Of a stretch of 64,000 nt of DNA, positions 52,514 through 63,472 are shown in pieces. Source of the DNA: an uncultured Acidobacteriota bacterium (lineage in GTDB: Bacteria > Acidobacteriota > Polarisedimenticolia > J045); the NCBI GenBank assembly GCA_963702425.1, contig CAVPCQ010000019.1:64001-128000 (forward strand). The letters are read 5' to 3'. The number at the start of each line of letters is the position of its first letter. Position 1 is the first letter of the stretch. The translations under genes and the position numbers were made by a program. The notes below the pieces were generated by a model. That model ran no database searches. It saw only the letters and a program-made list of their open reading frames with translations, and was not told where the DNA came from.

Positions 52514-53514
52514 GAGTACTGGTCGTCGAGAACCTGTGGGATAGCGAGCCCATCTGGTGGCTGCGCCACATCGTCACCGAGGCCCGCGACTGCGAGCTCG
52601 ATGTGCTCAAACTCTCCGAAGAACGCCCACTGCGCGCTGCTCTCCCGATCATGCGCCTCTGGATCTCAGTCCTCCGGGATTACGACGCGGTGGTCACCCA
52701 GCAGGACGGATACTCGACCCTCGCCCTTGCGTTCCTTCGTCGCTTTGCGCTCCGCCGCGACTGCCGCCACTACGTCAACGAGTTTATTACTCGCGAGCCC
52801 GAGTCGTCGCTCTACTCCAGGCTCAAGTACGCCTTCCTCCGCTTCGCAATGCACTCTGTGCAGGGAGTGTTTTGCTGTTCCCGTCGAGAAACGACTCTCT
52901 ACCCCCGAATCCTCGGGATGGATCCCTCGCGCTTCCACTTCGCGCCGCTCGCCACGGACCCCGCCTTCCTCGAGCAACCGGAGCAGGATCCGGGCGACTA
53001 CCTCATCGCAGCGGGGAGGACCGGCCGAGACTACGCGACCTTGATCGACGCAGTGCGTGGGCTTCCTATTGGCGTCGTGCTCGTGGCTGCGCCGGGAAAC
53101 CTCCACTCGATCACGATCCCGGAGAACGTCAGCGTCCGCACGAACATCCCGCTCCGCGACCTGCTCGCCCTAACGGCTCGGGCGAGATTCGCGGTCCTGC
53201 CCCTTCAGGATCGTCCGGTCTCCATCGGGCAGAGCGTTCTCCTTCAGGCCATGTCGCTCGGCAAGGCGACGATCGCGACCAGGACCACCGGAACCGAGGA
53301 CTACCTCCGGGACGGCGTCACCGGTTTCCTGGTCCCGCCTCGGGACTCGGCGGCCATGCGGAGCGCCATCGAGCGACTTGCCGGGGATCAGGCACTTGCG
53401 GACCGCATGGGAGAGGCGGCGCGGCGGGAGGTGCGTTTGCGCCACCACCCGAGGATCCAGGCGACCCGGATTGCCTCGGTAGTCCGGCGGGACGGGGGGT
53501 CTCGCCCACCGTAA
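52510..53514 (+). CDS. GT4 (group 1) glycosyltransferase; the stop codon is supplied by the IS66 end
   Basis: AAGRTGRDY, LQAMSLGK and DGVTGFLVPP; the TAA lies inside GTAAGCG. Confidence 0.85.
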   Translation: MRVLVVENLWDSEPIWWLRHIVTEARDCELDVLKLSEERPLRAALPIMRLWISVLRDYDAVVTQQDGYSTLALAFLRRFALRRDCRHYVNEFITREPESSLYSRLKYAFLRFAMHSVQGVFCCSRRETTLYPRILGMDPSRFHFAPLATDPAFLEQPEQDPGDYLIAAGRTGRDYATLIDAVRGLPIGVVLVAAPGNLHSITIPENVSVRTNIPLRDLLALTARARFAVLPLQDRPVSIGQSVLLQAMSLGKATIATRTTGTEDYLRDGVTGFLVPPRDSAAMRSAIERLAGDQALADRMGEAARREVRLRHHPRIQATRIASVVRRDGGSRPP

Positions 53515-53982
53515 GCGGTCCGGGAGCGGCGTTCTTCCCCTCGGCGTGACGGTCGTCTACGAATAGCCCCGCGCCCGGCGATCGGGCGGGCCGTGAAGAC
53601 GGCGAGGAGCGGGGCGTGTCGGTTCTCGAGACAGGCGTGTGCGGCGGAGCGAGCGGGACTGGGCGGCGATCCTGCGGCGGTACGAAGCGAGCGGGTTGGG
53701 TTCGCGGGCGTTCTGCCGGCAGGAAGGGGTGGCGGCGAGCAGCTTCCAGCGCTGGCGCCAGCGACTCCGCGGCCAGCGAGCGGTGCGTCGTCGCGCTCGG
53801 TTCGTGGAGCTGGTGCCGCCGCCGGCACCGGAGACGGCCGTGGCCAGGCCCGGCAGTTCCGGCTGGTCCCTGGAGCTGGAGCTCCCCGGCGGCGTCATCG
53901 TCCGTTGGGGGGGGAGCCGATGTTCCTGTCGTCGGCACCGCCGCGGATCCTGGCCTACCGCGAGCCGGTGGACATGCGCAAT
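53511..53982 (+). mobile_element. Truncated IS66-family element (terminus, tnpA, 5' tnpB)
   Basis: Begins with GTAAGCG; SGLGSRAFCRQEGV…FQRWRQRL (TnpA-like); YREPVDMR (IS66 TnpB) followed by an abrupt break. Confidence 0.82.
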
Positions 53983-54580
53983 TATGCCGGGCACATCGTT
54001 ATGCGGAGTCCAGTGGTGGCATCGCGTCGCGTGCAAGGCGTTGAGGAGTGAGTCGCATAGGGTTATCCTGAGGGACACCGTTGGTAGGGGGTCGCCTGCA
54101 ACCGCTGGACTCACTCGGATCGCATCGCGGCGTTCTGGACAATCTCCAGCGCCGTCCCACCGTATTTGACGTTGTTCGCGGCCAGGATTCGCAAGGCTTG
54201 GCTCCTGGTTGTAGCATCGAGTCAGGGTGGGCCATGCTTCCGCCGCCTCCGAGTGTCCTCGCAACAACAAGGAGGACCGATCTTGGCCGGCCACAGCAAG
54301 CCCCCCCGAGGACGCGCGCCCGTCGTGCTTTCCACTCCGTCGTCGTCGCTTCGCTCCTGCGCCTCCGCAGAGAGAACGATCAACAACCCAGAACTAGGAA
54401 CGTCTTCGCGCTGCCCTCGGAGACAACTTGAAGCAGCGACGCTGTACCCCAAGTTTCAGCCAACATGCCATGAAGTCGTAACATCGACACTCCATGGCAG
54501 CGTGGAGCGATCGACCGAGCTGCGTTGACCCGGCAGCGGTCCGCTCGTCGCCGGGTCCGGCCGCAAGAAGGGGGAGAGGT

Positions 54581-56385
54581 ATGAAGCGCCTCACCCAGGT
54601 CCTGATGTCGCTGGCAGTCGCCGGCCTCATTCTCTACGCTCTCCTGCGCCACTTCGACATCCAGCAGACAATCGCATCGATCCGCACGGCACAGCCGCAG
54701 ATGCTGGTGCTAGGTTTCGCTCTGATGATGTTTTCCTATCTCCTCCGTGGAGCGCGGTGGCCAATCTGGGAACGCAGCCTGACTTTCTGGGACTCGTTGC
54801 GAGTAATCCTGATTGGGTTCATGGGCAACAACATCCTGCCTGCCCGCCTAGGTGAAATCCTGCGGGCGCACTGCGCGGCGGCCAAGACCAGTGACGATCA
54901 TGGGCGCACGGCCATTCTCGCGTCCATCACGGCCGAGCGGCTCCTCGACGGGCTGATCCTGGCCTTTTCTAGTCTCGTCGGGCTTGCGCTCGTACCTGTC
55001 GACCGTCGGCTTCAGTGGGTACTGCTCGTGGTGTCGGCAGCGTTCGCAGCACTCACCTCGGGGCTCATCTTGGGCATCAAGTTCCACGAGCGCATTCGGT
55101 CTTTCGTCGCCGTCGTGAACCACCGGTTCCCAGGCCACATGACCGCCTTCGCGATGGAGAAATCGACATACTTCCTGGAAGGCCTCCTCCCGCTGGGAAT
55201 GACGTCGCGCATGATCACTGCCATTGGTGCCACCGTGATCATCTGGAGCGTTGAGCTTGGCTCCTACTATTTCATTGGCGTGGCTGTCTGGAATGACATG
55301 AACCTGAGGACCGCCCTCCTCTTCCTGGTCGTCGTCAACTTCGCATCGCTCGTACCGTTCACGATGGGTGGTATCGGAACGATCGAGGCCGCTGCGACGG
55401 CGTTCCTGATTAGTTCGGGAGTTCCTCGTTACCTTGCCCTCGCGATGGTGCTGCTGCAGCACGCGGGGCAGTACTTTTTCACGACGATTGCCGGGGGTCT
55501 GCTTTACCTGACTGGCGGCTTCTACCGTATACCGCTCACTCAGCCCAAGGCCTTCGCAGCCCCGATCAGACGACCGAGCGAGCCGGCACCTTCCTGTGTT
55601 GTGGAAGAAGCGCGCTCGGATCTACGCCGGCTCAGCACCGCAGCGCAGCTGAACCGGCACCTCTCAGCGAGATCCTGCTCTCGATCGTTATCCCGGCGTA
55701 CAACGAGCAGGCCCGCCTGCCTCGCACCGTACTTGAGACAGTTCTTTGGTGCACAACGCACAATGTCGACTTTGAACTAATCATCGCTGACGACGGCAGC
55801 CGCGACGCGACGCTAGAGCTGGCACGGTTGTTCGAGGAGGGCGACGTCCGAATCCGGGCCCTCGCCTGCCCACATCTCGGGAAGGGCGCCACCGTGCGCA
55901 TGGGGATGCTCAATGCCAAAGGCCGATTTGTGCTGTTCATGGATGCGGACGGGGCCACACCGCTGGACGAGATACCGAAGCTGTTGGCGGCCCTCGGCCA
56001 GAGACATGACATAGCGATCGGCTCGAGGGTCGTCCAGCATCCCGGCGAGACTGAAGTCAGGGCTGCGCTGCACCGGCGCTTGATCGGGCGTGTTTTCGCG
56101 TTCTTCGTCAATGTCTTCGCCATCGGCGGCATCGCGGACACGCAGTGCGGTTTCAAGATGTTCCGCCACGAGGCGGCGATCGCGGGCTTCTCCCGCCAGA
56201 AGCTGGCGGGCTTTGCCTTTGACGTCGAGATTCTGTTCATCGCGCGGCAGCTGTCACTGTCGATCATCGAGATCCCTGTGAACTGGGTCGCGCAACCGGG
56301 TTCCAAGGTCAGTCTCGTCAGGGACTCGATTAGAATGTTGCTAGAGATCAGTCGCATTCGGTGGTTACACCGAAACATCCGTTAG
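54581..56385 (+). CDS. LPG-synthase-TM (UPF0104 flippase-like) domain fused to a dolichyl-phosphate glucosyltransferase-like GT2; 1-bp frameshift at ~55652
   Basis: NNILPARLGE, ERLLD and GGIGTIE, then in the shifted frame LSIVIPAYNE…DDGSRD, GKG, DAD, DTQCGFK and FDVE; the GT2 half has no start codon of its own. Confidence 0.75.
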
Positions 56386-56502
56386 CCGGAATGCCGGAGT
56401 CCTGACCTACGCAGGATCATTTCTGCAACACCGGAGCCTCGAAGTGGAGCCGGAGGTCCGTTCGCGGGTAGATCGGCGCGTCGTCGTTGACGAAGGTGTG
56501 AG

Positions 56503-56647
56503 GCGGAACGAGATCTCGTCGACGCCGATGACGTAGAGGTTCTCCAGGCGCTGGGGATCGAGGCGCTCCTGGACGATCCGCGTCACGATCGTGCCGACGG
56601 TCCGCCAGTCGATGCCCATCAGCAGCCGCACCGCCGTTCGGTCCACC
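56503..56647 (-). mobile_element. ISL3-family transposase fragment
   Basis: DRTAVRLLMGIDWRTVGTIV…LYVIGVDEISFR. Confidence 0.75.
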
Positions 56648-56704
56648 GTAAGCGGTCCGGGAGCGGCGTTCTTCCCCTCGGCGTGACGGTCGTCTACGAA
56701 TAGC
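56643..56704 (+). repeat. 62-bp exact direct repeat of 53506..53567 (CCACC plus the IS66 terminus)
   Basis: ccaccgtaagcggtccgggagcggcgttcttcccctcggcgtgacggtcgtctacgaatagc occurs at both sites. Confidence 0.9.
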
Positions 56705-56790
56705 TGGCAGTTCCGGCGATCGTGATCACGCGATCCGGGATCGTAATCACTGATTCCGCTGATGGTGATCACGCGTCGGAGCGAAGCGAC
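56705..56790. mobile_element. IS21-family terminal region
   Basis: Starts with TG; three ~21-bp repeats of the type TTCCG..GATCGTGATCAC. Confidence 0.7.
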
Positions 56791-57105
56791 GGTCGGTTCG
56801 TTCTGGTTTCGCCTCCTGTCAAGGCTCGGCAGATTCTAACGCGGGATCCCGATCGGTTGAAGGCTGGGTGGCAGCAGGGCCTGTGGGGCCTGTGGGCGGC
56901 GCGGCCGTTCGCGCTGTCCAAGGGGCGGTGGGAAACGCGGCGTCATGCGTTTTCCAGGGCCCCGCCAGGATCCGTAGGCCGTCGCGCGTCAGCGCGAGTT
57001 CGGAGCGCAGCGACGATCATCGGGTTGTGGAGCGTCACTCTGGGGTCCGGAAGTGAAGGGGCGACGTTTCGGACTGTGCTGCTGAAGAGAGCCGTGGCGG
57101 GCTAA

Positions 57106-58398
57106 GGGCTTGTAACGAAATTAGGTGACTAGTTGTGATCTCCCGCGAGGAAGGATACTGTAGTTCCAGTCGCCGTGGAATTGTTTCTGGCTTCAGGTTG
57201 ATCGCGCCCATCTGTGCCGCCGTCGGCTTGACTGCTTTGGGATACGTTCTGACAGTGTCCAGTACACATCGTACCTTGAGTCCGGTCGCCGTGGTTCGGG
57301 TGGCCGCGATGTGGTTGACGACTGCCGCATGGGTGAGCAATGGCTGGCCGCGCCAGTTTTCTGTGATGAACGAGAACAGCCGGTGCTCGATTTTGTTCCA
57401 TTTGCTCGTGCCCGGAGGAAGATGGCAGACCGAAATCATCAGTCCCGTCTGTCGGGCCAACTGCTGGAGCCCCCATTTCCAAAGTCGGATGCGGGGGCCG
57501 TTGCTGCCGCCGCCGTCGGCGGTGATGAGCAGTGACGGGGCACGCTGGTAATGCTGACGACCCAACTCGCCCCACCAGCGACGGATGGTCGCCGCCACGA
57601 AGGCGGCGGTATCGTGGTCCACCCCCACGCTGACCCAGCCCTGATTGCGACCAAGTCAAACACGCCGTAGGGGATGGCCTCGCCGGTCCGGGCTCCAGGA
57701 AGTCATGGACCGGCAGTACCGGAGATCCTTGCGGTCGCCAGTTTTGGCCCGGATTCTTGAAACCGTCCACCAGTTCTTTCTTTTTCGTGTCCACTGAGAT
57801 GACCGGTTGGCCGTGCTTCAACTGGGGCTTCTCACGCGGGTTGATGTGCTCGAACTGAGCGTCTCGGTCGGGGTGGGCTGGCCCCCTCATAGCGTCTTCC
57901 GGTTGGCCTGCAGGCTGTAGTCCAGATCGTGTTCAAGCCCCGCCACCAACGTATGGCTGACTTCGAACCCCTGCCCGTTCAACTCACCGGCCAAATGGCG
58001 CGTACTCTTGCTCGTCCACCGCAACGGAGACTCGGGATCCCGCGTGTTACTGGCTCGACCAACTCTTCCAACGCCGCCGCCAGCCCGGGCACCACAATGG
58101 TCATCCGTTTTCGGCCCGCACCAGGACGGCGCACCCGGTCGGCGGGCAACGGCTTCTTCTGGGTCAGCTCTTCCAGCCCGCGAACAATTGTGTTGCGCGC
58201 AAGGCCGGTCGCGCGGGCGACAACGGCAATACCCCCACGCCCAAGCGCTTGCGCCTCCGCACCAGCCCACAACCGGCGATGGCGCTCGTCCATCGAAGGC
58301 AGCAAAGCGCGATACTTCGCGCGAATTCCTTGTTCGACTTCCATGAAACCAAAATCCCAGAGACTGGCCTTATGGTCAAGTTATATCTTTACGAGCCC
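57106..58398 (-). mobile_element. ISAzo13-family IS with a frameshifted transposase and a TAA target duplication
   Basis: Ends GGGCTTGTAACGAAAT and (revcomp) GGGCTCGTAAAGATAT; TAA at 57103-57105 and 58399-58401; motifs DRDAQF, ISVDTKKKE, ITADGGGSNG and GTSKWNKIEHRLFS. Confidence 0.9.
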
Positions 58399-58475
58399 TA
58401 AGCTGCGCGTCGCGTTTTCCGGCACGCAGGTTAGCCCGCCACGGAGGAGCGTGGCGATCGAGGGTCAGTCTCGTT

Positions 58476-59264
58476 TTGCGGCGCGATGCCCCTCGAGCGC
58501 CACCACCCAGCGTCAGTTTACTCGACCTCGAGCTCGGGGACTATTGCGTCGCGATCGAGCGCCGCGGCTGGGAGGTGGCGGGGCTGATCGCGGAGTCCGG
58601 GGTGTGCTGTCCCCGTTGCGGGTCGTCTCCGGGGTGCACGCGGGCTCATGCGTGGCGCCACCGCGGTCCGGTGCGCGACTTGGCCGCCCATCGGGTGTTC
58701 GCGGACGTCCCGGTGCTGCGGGTGATGTTCTGTACCGGGGCCACGATCTCGTTGATGCCGGCGGCGTTGTGGCGTGGGCGAAGCACGATCGCCTCGGTCG
58801 TGGCCGCGGCCGGGCAACTGCTGGCCCACGGACTCGAGCGCGGCCACGACTGGGTGCGCGTTCAGATCCCCGGCGGGCCTGGCGTCTCGCGCAGCACGCT
58901 CGGTCGGTGGCGTGAGGCGGTCGTGCCGCGCGTGTCGGCCGCGGCGCTGGCGCTCGTCGCGCTGCCGCCAGGGGCCGATGGGCAGTCCTGCGCGGAGCCG
59001 GTGGAGAGGATGGCGCGGCTCGCGGCCGCGCTGACGCCGCGCGTGCTGGCCGGCTTCCGAGCCCGCTTCGGCCGGGCGGTGCTCGACCTGGCGCGCCCCC
59101 TCGCGCGGCGCGAGGTCCACGACGCCAGCGCTACCGATCCCGGGTCGTCTCGCTCCGGCCCCGCCACCCGCAACGGGCGGACCCCGTCTTCCGCGCGGCG
59201 CAAGGTCCCGCTCGCGCCCCCGGGGACCGCCCCGGGACGGGCGCGCGAAGGAGACGACGGATGA
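58476..59264 (+). CDS. Transposon accessory protein with a Cys/His zinc-finger-like N-terminus (DUF6431-like)
   Basis: CCPRCG…HAWRHR…FC; ATGA-coupled to the downstream transposase; start uncertain. Confidence 0.55.
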   Translation: MRRDAPRAPPPSVSLLDLELGDYCVAIERRGWEVAGLIAESGVCCPRCGSSPGCTRAHAWRHRGPVRDLAAHRVFADVPVLRVMFCTGATISLMPAALWRGRSTIASVVAAAGQLLAHGLERGHDWVRVQIPGGPGVSRSTLGRWREAVVPRVSAAALALVALPPGADGQSCAEPVERMARLAAALTPRVLAGFRARFGRAVLDLARPLARREVHDASATDPGSSRSGPATRNGRTPSSARRKVPLAPPGTAPGRAREGDDG

Positions 59265-59961
59265 TTGAAGACAAGTCCCGGCCCCCACGACCCGGCGCCC
59301 GTGATTGGGCGGTGTTTCGGTACGGACTGATCAGCGAGGCCCTGCGTCCGCTCGCCGGTCAGCCGGTCTCCGAGCTGCTGGCGCGGCGGGCGGCGCAGCA
59401 GCACGCCCTGCCCGACGGCATGCTGCGCCGCTTCAGCGCCGCGACCCTGCGCAGCTGGCTGATCCGCTACCAGCGCGAAGGGCTCGACGGCCTGTTGCCG
59501 CGCAGCCGCGCCGACAAAGGCACCTTCCGCAAGATCGACGACGATCTCGGCGAGCTGATCGCCCGGCACCGCGTCCAGCACCGGCAGCTCTCGGTCAAGC
59601 TCTTCTAGCAGGTGTTGCATCAGGACGACGTCCTGCCCGCCGGCAAGCGGGTCTGCGAGGCCACCCTGCGCCGCTTCCTCCGACTGCGCGGGCTCGACCG
59701 CCCGGTGCGCGGGATCGACAAGGCCCGGGCCAAGTACGAGATGCCCCACCCCAACGACCTCTGGATCGGTGACTTCATGCACGGCCCGTTGGTCGGTACG
59801 GGATCGTCGAAGCGCAAGGCGATCCTCTGCGGGATCATCGACGATCACTCCCGCGTCCTCGTCGGCGGCCGCTTCGCGCTCGGCGAAGAGACCGCCGACC
59901 TGCTCCACACGCTGCGCGACGCCCTGGCCACCTTTGGGGTGTGCAAGCGCTTCTACTGTGA
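59261..59961 (+). pseudogene. 5' part of a Mu-like/rve DDE transposase (in-frame TAG at 59606-59608; interrupted by the RIT element)
   Basis: FRYGLI, GLDGLLPRSRAD.G, LWIGDFMHG, IIDDHSR and GVCKRFYCD. Confidence 0.85.
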
Positions 59962-59981
59962 TTCTGTGCCGCGGCACAGAA

Positions 59982-60084
59982 TCACAGTTCTGTGCCCTGG
60001 CCCGTTATGTGGCGTGGCCACGCGCAATGCGGCGTCGTGATCGCCTGGCCATCGATTCCGCGTGGCCACCGCCACATAACGGGG
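59982..60084. repeat. 103-bp perfect inverted repeat (partner at 63377..63479)
   Basis: Base-by-base reverse-complement identity; each copy has internal arms CCCGTTATGTGGCG…CGCCACATAACGGG. Confidence 0.92.
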
Positions 60085-60088
60085 CTCG

Positions 60089-61102
60089 TCAAAGGGCGTC
60101 GAGCCAGTCGAGCAGAGCCGCGTCGCTATTCCATGACTTCTTGCCTTGTGACTTCTGCATGGCCACTGGCGGTGCGCAGGAAGCGAGTGCTGCCTCCTTG
60201 ATTCGCGCGGTGATTTCCGCGTAGCGGTTGGTCGTTTCGAGGCGAGCATGACCAAGCCACGCACGGATGACGTTGATCTCGACGCCTGCCTCGAGCAGGT
60301 GAACGGCGGTCGTGTGACGGAAGACATGCGGGGTGACGCGCCGCCCGCGTCGGCGGGAATCGGCATCGAACGCGGCAGCATGCCTTCGAACGACCTTGTG
60401 AATACCGAAGCGCGTAAGCGGGCCGCCGACGGTGGACCGAAACACCGGGTCATCGGGGGCGGCGTTGCCGCCCGTTTCGTCGAGGAGCGCGTGCAGTGCG
60501 GTAGCCGTTTCCTGCCACAGTGGGCATGTACGCCACTTGTCACCCTTGCCGTGCAGCCGCACACGGTACGGACCATCGAGGTCGAGGTTACCGACGCGCA
60601 GGTCGGCGACCTCCTGTGCCCGTGCCCCGGTGTTGTAGAGGAAGAGCAGCAGCGTGCGGTCGCGTGCGGCCGTGCGCGGCCCGAGCGGCCATCGATCGAA
60701 CAGCAGCTCGACGTCGCGCTGCTCGAGATGGAACGTTTCGGGCGGCGCAACGCGCTTGCCGGGGATGCGCATCACCTGCTCGGCGACGGGCAGCATCTCT
60801 GGCACCCGCCCCCCGATGTAGTTGAAGAATGAGTGCAGGATCGCGAGCCGCTGGTTGCGCGTGCGGGGGTGGTTATGCCGGTCCTGCTCGAGCGCGTCGA
60901 GAAAGTGCAGGACGCTGTCGGCCGTGAGCGTTTCGAGCGGCAGCCGCGCGATGCTGTCCCTGGCTCCTTGGGCAACGGAGCATAGGTAGAGGCGGATGCC
61001 GTCGCGATAGCTGGCGATCGATGAGGGACGAAGACCCCGTGTCGAACGCAGGTGGTCGAGGAAGTACGACCGGACGAGTTGGCCGAGCGTGAGGGTGCTC
61101 AT
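60089..61102 (-). CDS. Tyrosine recombinase, RitC-like
   Basis: TGARAQE, GKGDK, HVFRHT and LGHARLETTNRY. Confidence 0.92.
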   Translation of the reverse strand: MSTLTLGQLVRSYFLDHLRSTRGLRPSSIASYRDGIRLYLCSVAQGARDSIARLPLETLTADSVLHFLDALEQDRHNHPRTRNQRLAILHSFFNYIGGRVPEMLPVAEQVMRIPGKRVAPPETFHLEQRDVELLFDRWPLGPRTAARDRTLLLFLYNTGARAQEVADLRVGNLDLDGPYRVRLHGKGDKWRTCPLWQETATALHALLDETGGNAAPDDPVFRSTVGGPLTRFGIHKVVRRHAAAFDADSRRRGRRVTPHVFRHTTAVHLLEAGVEINVIRAWLGHARLETTNRYAEITARIKEAALASCAPPVAMQKSQGKKSWNSDAALLDWLDAL

Positions 61103-62064
61103 CGTAAACGCCCGATGGCGGAGGAGGCTTCGAAGCGCCGACCGCCACGTAGAGCAGATCAGGGGTGATCGTGAGGTAGACCGCGGTGGACTCGGGTCTT
61201 GCGTGGCCCATGAAGGTCGAAAGCTGCAGCAGGCGTGCTCCGGGATCGGCGCCGGAACGGTACCAGCGGAGTAGCGTATTCACGGCGAACGAATGACGCA
61301 GATCGTGGACCCGCGGTGCCGCCAGCGACTCCAGGCCCAACTGCGGCACGATCTGCCGAAACACCCGACCGATCGTCTGTCGTCTCAACCGCGCGGTCGA
61401 CCACACCGTCAGGAGCGGGGCATCGTCGACGAGTCCGCCATCGATGTTGCGGCGGCGCGCAAGGTAGGACGTGAGCGCCTCATGCAATCGCGGACCGAAA
61501 GGGACCAACCGATCCTTCCCGAACTTGGTGTTGCGCACGACGAGAAGCCGACGCCGCGGATCGAAGTCCGACACATCGAAGCGACAGACCTCGCCGACGC
61601 GCAGCCCGAGGCCGTAAAGCAAGGCGAAGGCGAGATGGAAGCTCTGTCCGCGGAGACGCGTGCCGGGCAGATCGGGGAGCGCGGCCGCGAGTTGCAACAG
61701 CCGACTTGCGTGCTCCGGACCGAACAAGACGGCATGCCGCCGGACCCTCGCGTCGCGGCAGCACCCGCAACGGCGAGTGCTCCAGGGTGCCTCGCGCGAC
61801 GAGCCACTCGAAGAAGCGGCGCAGGACGCCGACGAGGTGGTTGAAGCTTCGAGGATGATGGCGTGGCCGCGAGCAGAGGAAGGCCTCGACGATCGTGGGC
61901 GTGACCTCCGAGAGCGAGTGAACGCCCGCGGCAGACAAGCAGCGATCGAACAGGGCGAGCGCCGCGGCCTCGGTGTCGAAGCGTCGCCCGAGCGCACGCC
62001 GGTGCGCGACGAAGCGAGCGGCTTCGCCCGCCACCGGACCGGACGAGCCTTCGGCGGGCCTCAT
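61099..62064 (-). CDS. Tyrosine recombinase, RitB-like (frameshifted)
   Basis: N-terminus in ORF 61480..62064; catalytic half in ORF 60873..61997 (GLRVGE, TKFGK, HDLRHSFA, MGH…STAVY). Confidence 0.8.
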
Positions 62065-63320
62065 AGGAGGTCCTCGATGTCGCCGAGCGCGACCTCGCGC
62101 AGGTCTTCGACAGCCGCCTTGGCGTAGATCCGCGTCGAGGATGTCTGGCGGTGGCCAAGGAAGTCACCGACCACCTGGAGTGTGAATCCGGCGTCCACCA
62201 ACCGTTGTGCGCACGTGTGCCGCAGCGTGTGCGACCCAGCGTGCCGCACCTCCACGCCCGCCCGTTTCAGCACTCGGGTCGCGCGGGAAGAAACGATCTG
62301 GTGCGTGACAGCGACACGCGGGGCCCGCGCGGAGAGGAAGACGTGACGCGCGATCGTCTGCGGTCGTCCGCGCCGGATGTAGTCGATCAATGCATCGGCG
62401 ACATCGGCTCGCAACGGATACGCCGCGGCGTGGCCCGCCTTGCGTGAGCGCACATGCAATGTAGCAGTCCGCCAATCCAGGTCGTCGAGCGTCAGAGCGG
62501 CGACTTCGCTGGCCCGCAGCCCATATACAGCGAGCAGCAGCAACATCGCGAGATCCCGGCGCCCCAGAGCCGATCGGGTGTCGATCGACCGCAGCGTCCG
62601 CGCGAGGTCCTCGGTGCTGATCGACCGGGGAACGCCGGAGAGAGCGTACCGGAGTGGCCCGTCAACGGTCGCAGCGAGGTCCCGAGCGATGACTCGCTCG
62701 CGGAACAGGTAGCGAAGGAACGAGCGCAGGGCGGAGCAGGTCGGGCCGAGAGAATTCGCTGCGACCGTCGATCTGCGCTCCTCGATGAACAGGTCCAGGA
62801 TCGCGGGCGTGAGTCCGGAGGCATCGCCGACACCACGGCCGCCGATGAAGCGCTCGAAGAACGACAACTGCGTTGCGTAGCCAGCGACTGTCGCAGGCGC
62901 CAATCCCCGCTCGTGCCGCAGATGTCGCTCGAAACCGGGTGCCCAACGCGACAGCGGGAACTCATCCGGCATGTCCGCAACTCCGTCCGACCGAACGACT
63001 CGAAGGAAGTGCCCGACGACGCTGCGGATCTCGGCAAGGTAGCGGCTGCGTGGCACGGAAGCAGCGTGTGACCTCGATCGCCGCCGCCAACACGCCTCGG
63101 CAAATGGCTGAAGGAGCTTTTCCAAACCACCGATCTCCGCGACGTGCCTTCTGTGGGCAAAGTCCCCCAACCGAACGAGCAACGGCACCCGACGGTGAAT
63201 GCACCGCGGGCTGTACTGGTGCGCGTCAAGCCAGCCCACGTACGTCTCGACGGCATTCTTGAGCCACGAAGCCTCGATGCGATCGATGGTTTCGGGTAGG
63301 GCGAAGAATCGGTCGAGCAT
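62061..63320 (-). CDS. Tyrosine recombinase, RitA-like
   Basis: GLRASEV, HTLRHT and LGHRQTSSTRIY; AAGGAG RBS before ATG 63320. Confidence 0.9.
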   Translation of the reverse strand: MLDRFFALPETIDRIEASWLKNAVETYVGWLDAHQYSPRCIHRRVPLLVRLGDFAHRRHVAEIGGLEKLLQPFAEACWRRRSRSHAASVPRSRYLAEIRSVVGHFLRVVRSDGVADMPDEFPLSRWAPGFERHLRHERGLAPATVAGYATQLSFFERFIGGRGVGDASGLTPAILDLFIEERRSTVAANSLGPTCSALRSFLRYLFRERVIARDLAATVDGPLRYALSGVPRSISTEDLARTLRSIDTRSALGRRDLAMLLLLAVYGLRASEVAALTLDDLDWRTATLHVRSRKAGHAAAYPLRADVADALIDYIRRGRPQTIARHVFLSARAPRVAVTHQIVSSRATRVLKRAGVEVRHAGSHTLRHTCAQRLVDAGFTLQVVGDFLGHRQTSSTRIYAKAAVEDLREVALGDIEDLL

Positions 63321-63472
63321 GGTCCGTCTCCTTTTCCCCGATGCGCGGGGAGGCGGGCCATGCTCACTCTGCTGGTCCCCGTTATGTGGCGGTGGCCACG
63401 CGGAATCGATGGCCAGGCGATCACGACGCCGCATTGCGCGTGGCCACGCCACATAACGGGCCAGGGCACAGA

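Noticed and set aside
56705-56790. Mini CRISPR array (also considered for 27421-27468)
   Set aside because: The repeats are nearly adjacent with no spacer-length unique sequences, and no cas genes are present. The first fits an IS21 end.
59606-59608. In-frame TAG read as pyrrolysine, given the MttB gene in the window
   Set aside because: It lies in an already disrupted transposase. The MttB homolog has no amber codon, and no pyl genes or tRNA are present. A nonsense mutation or sequencing error is simpler.
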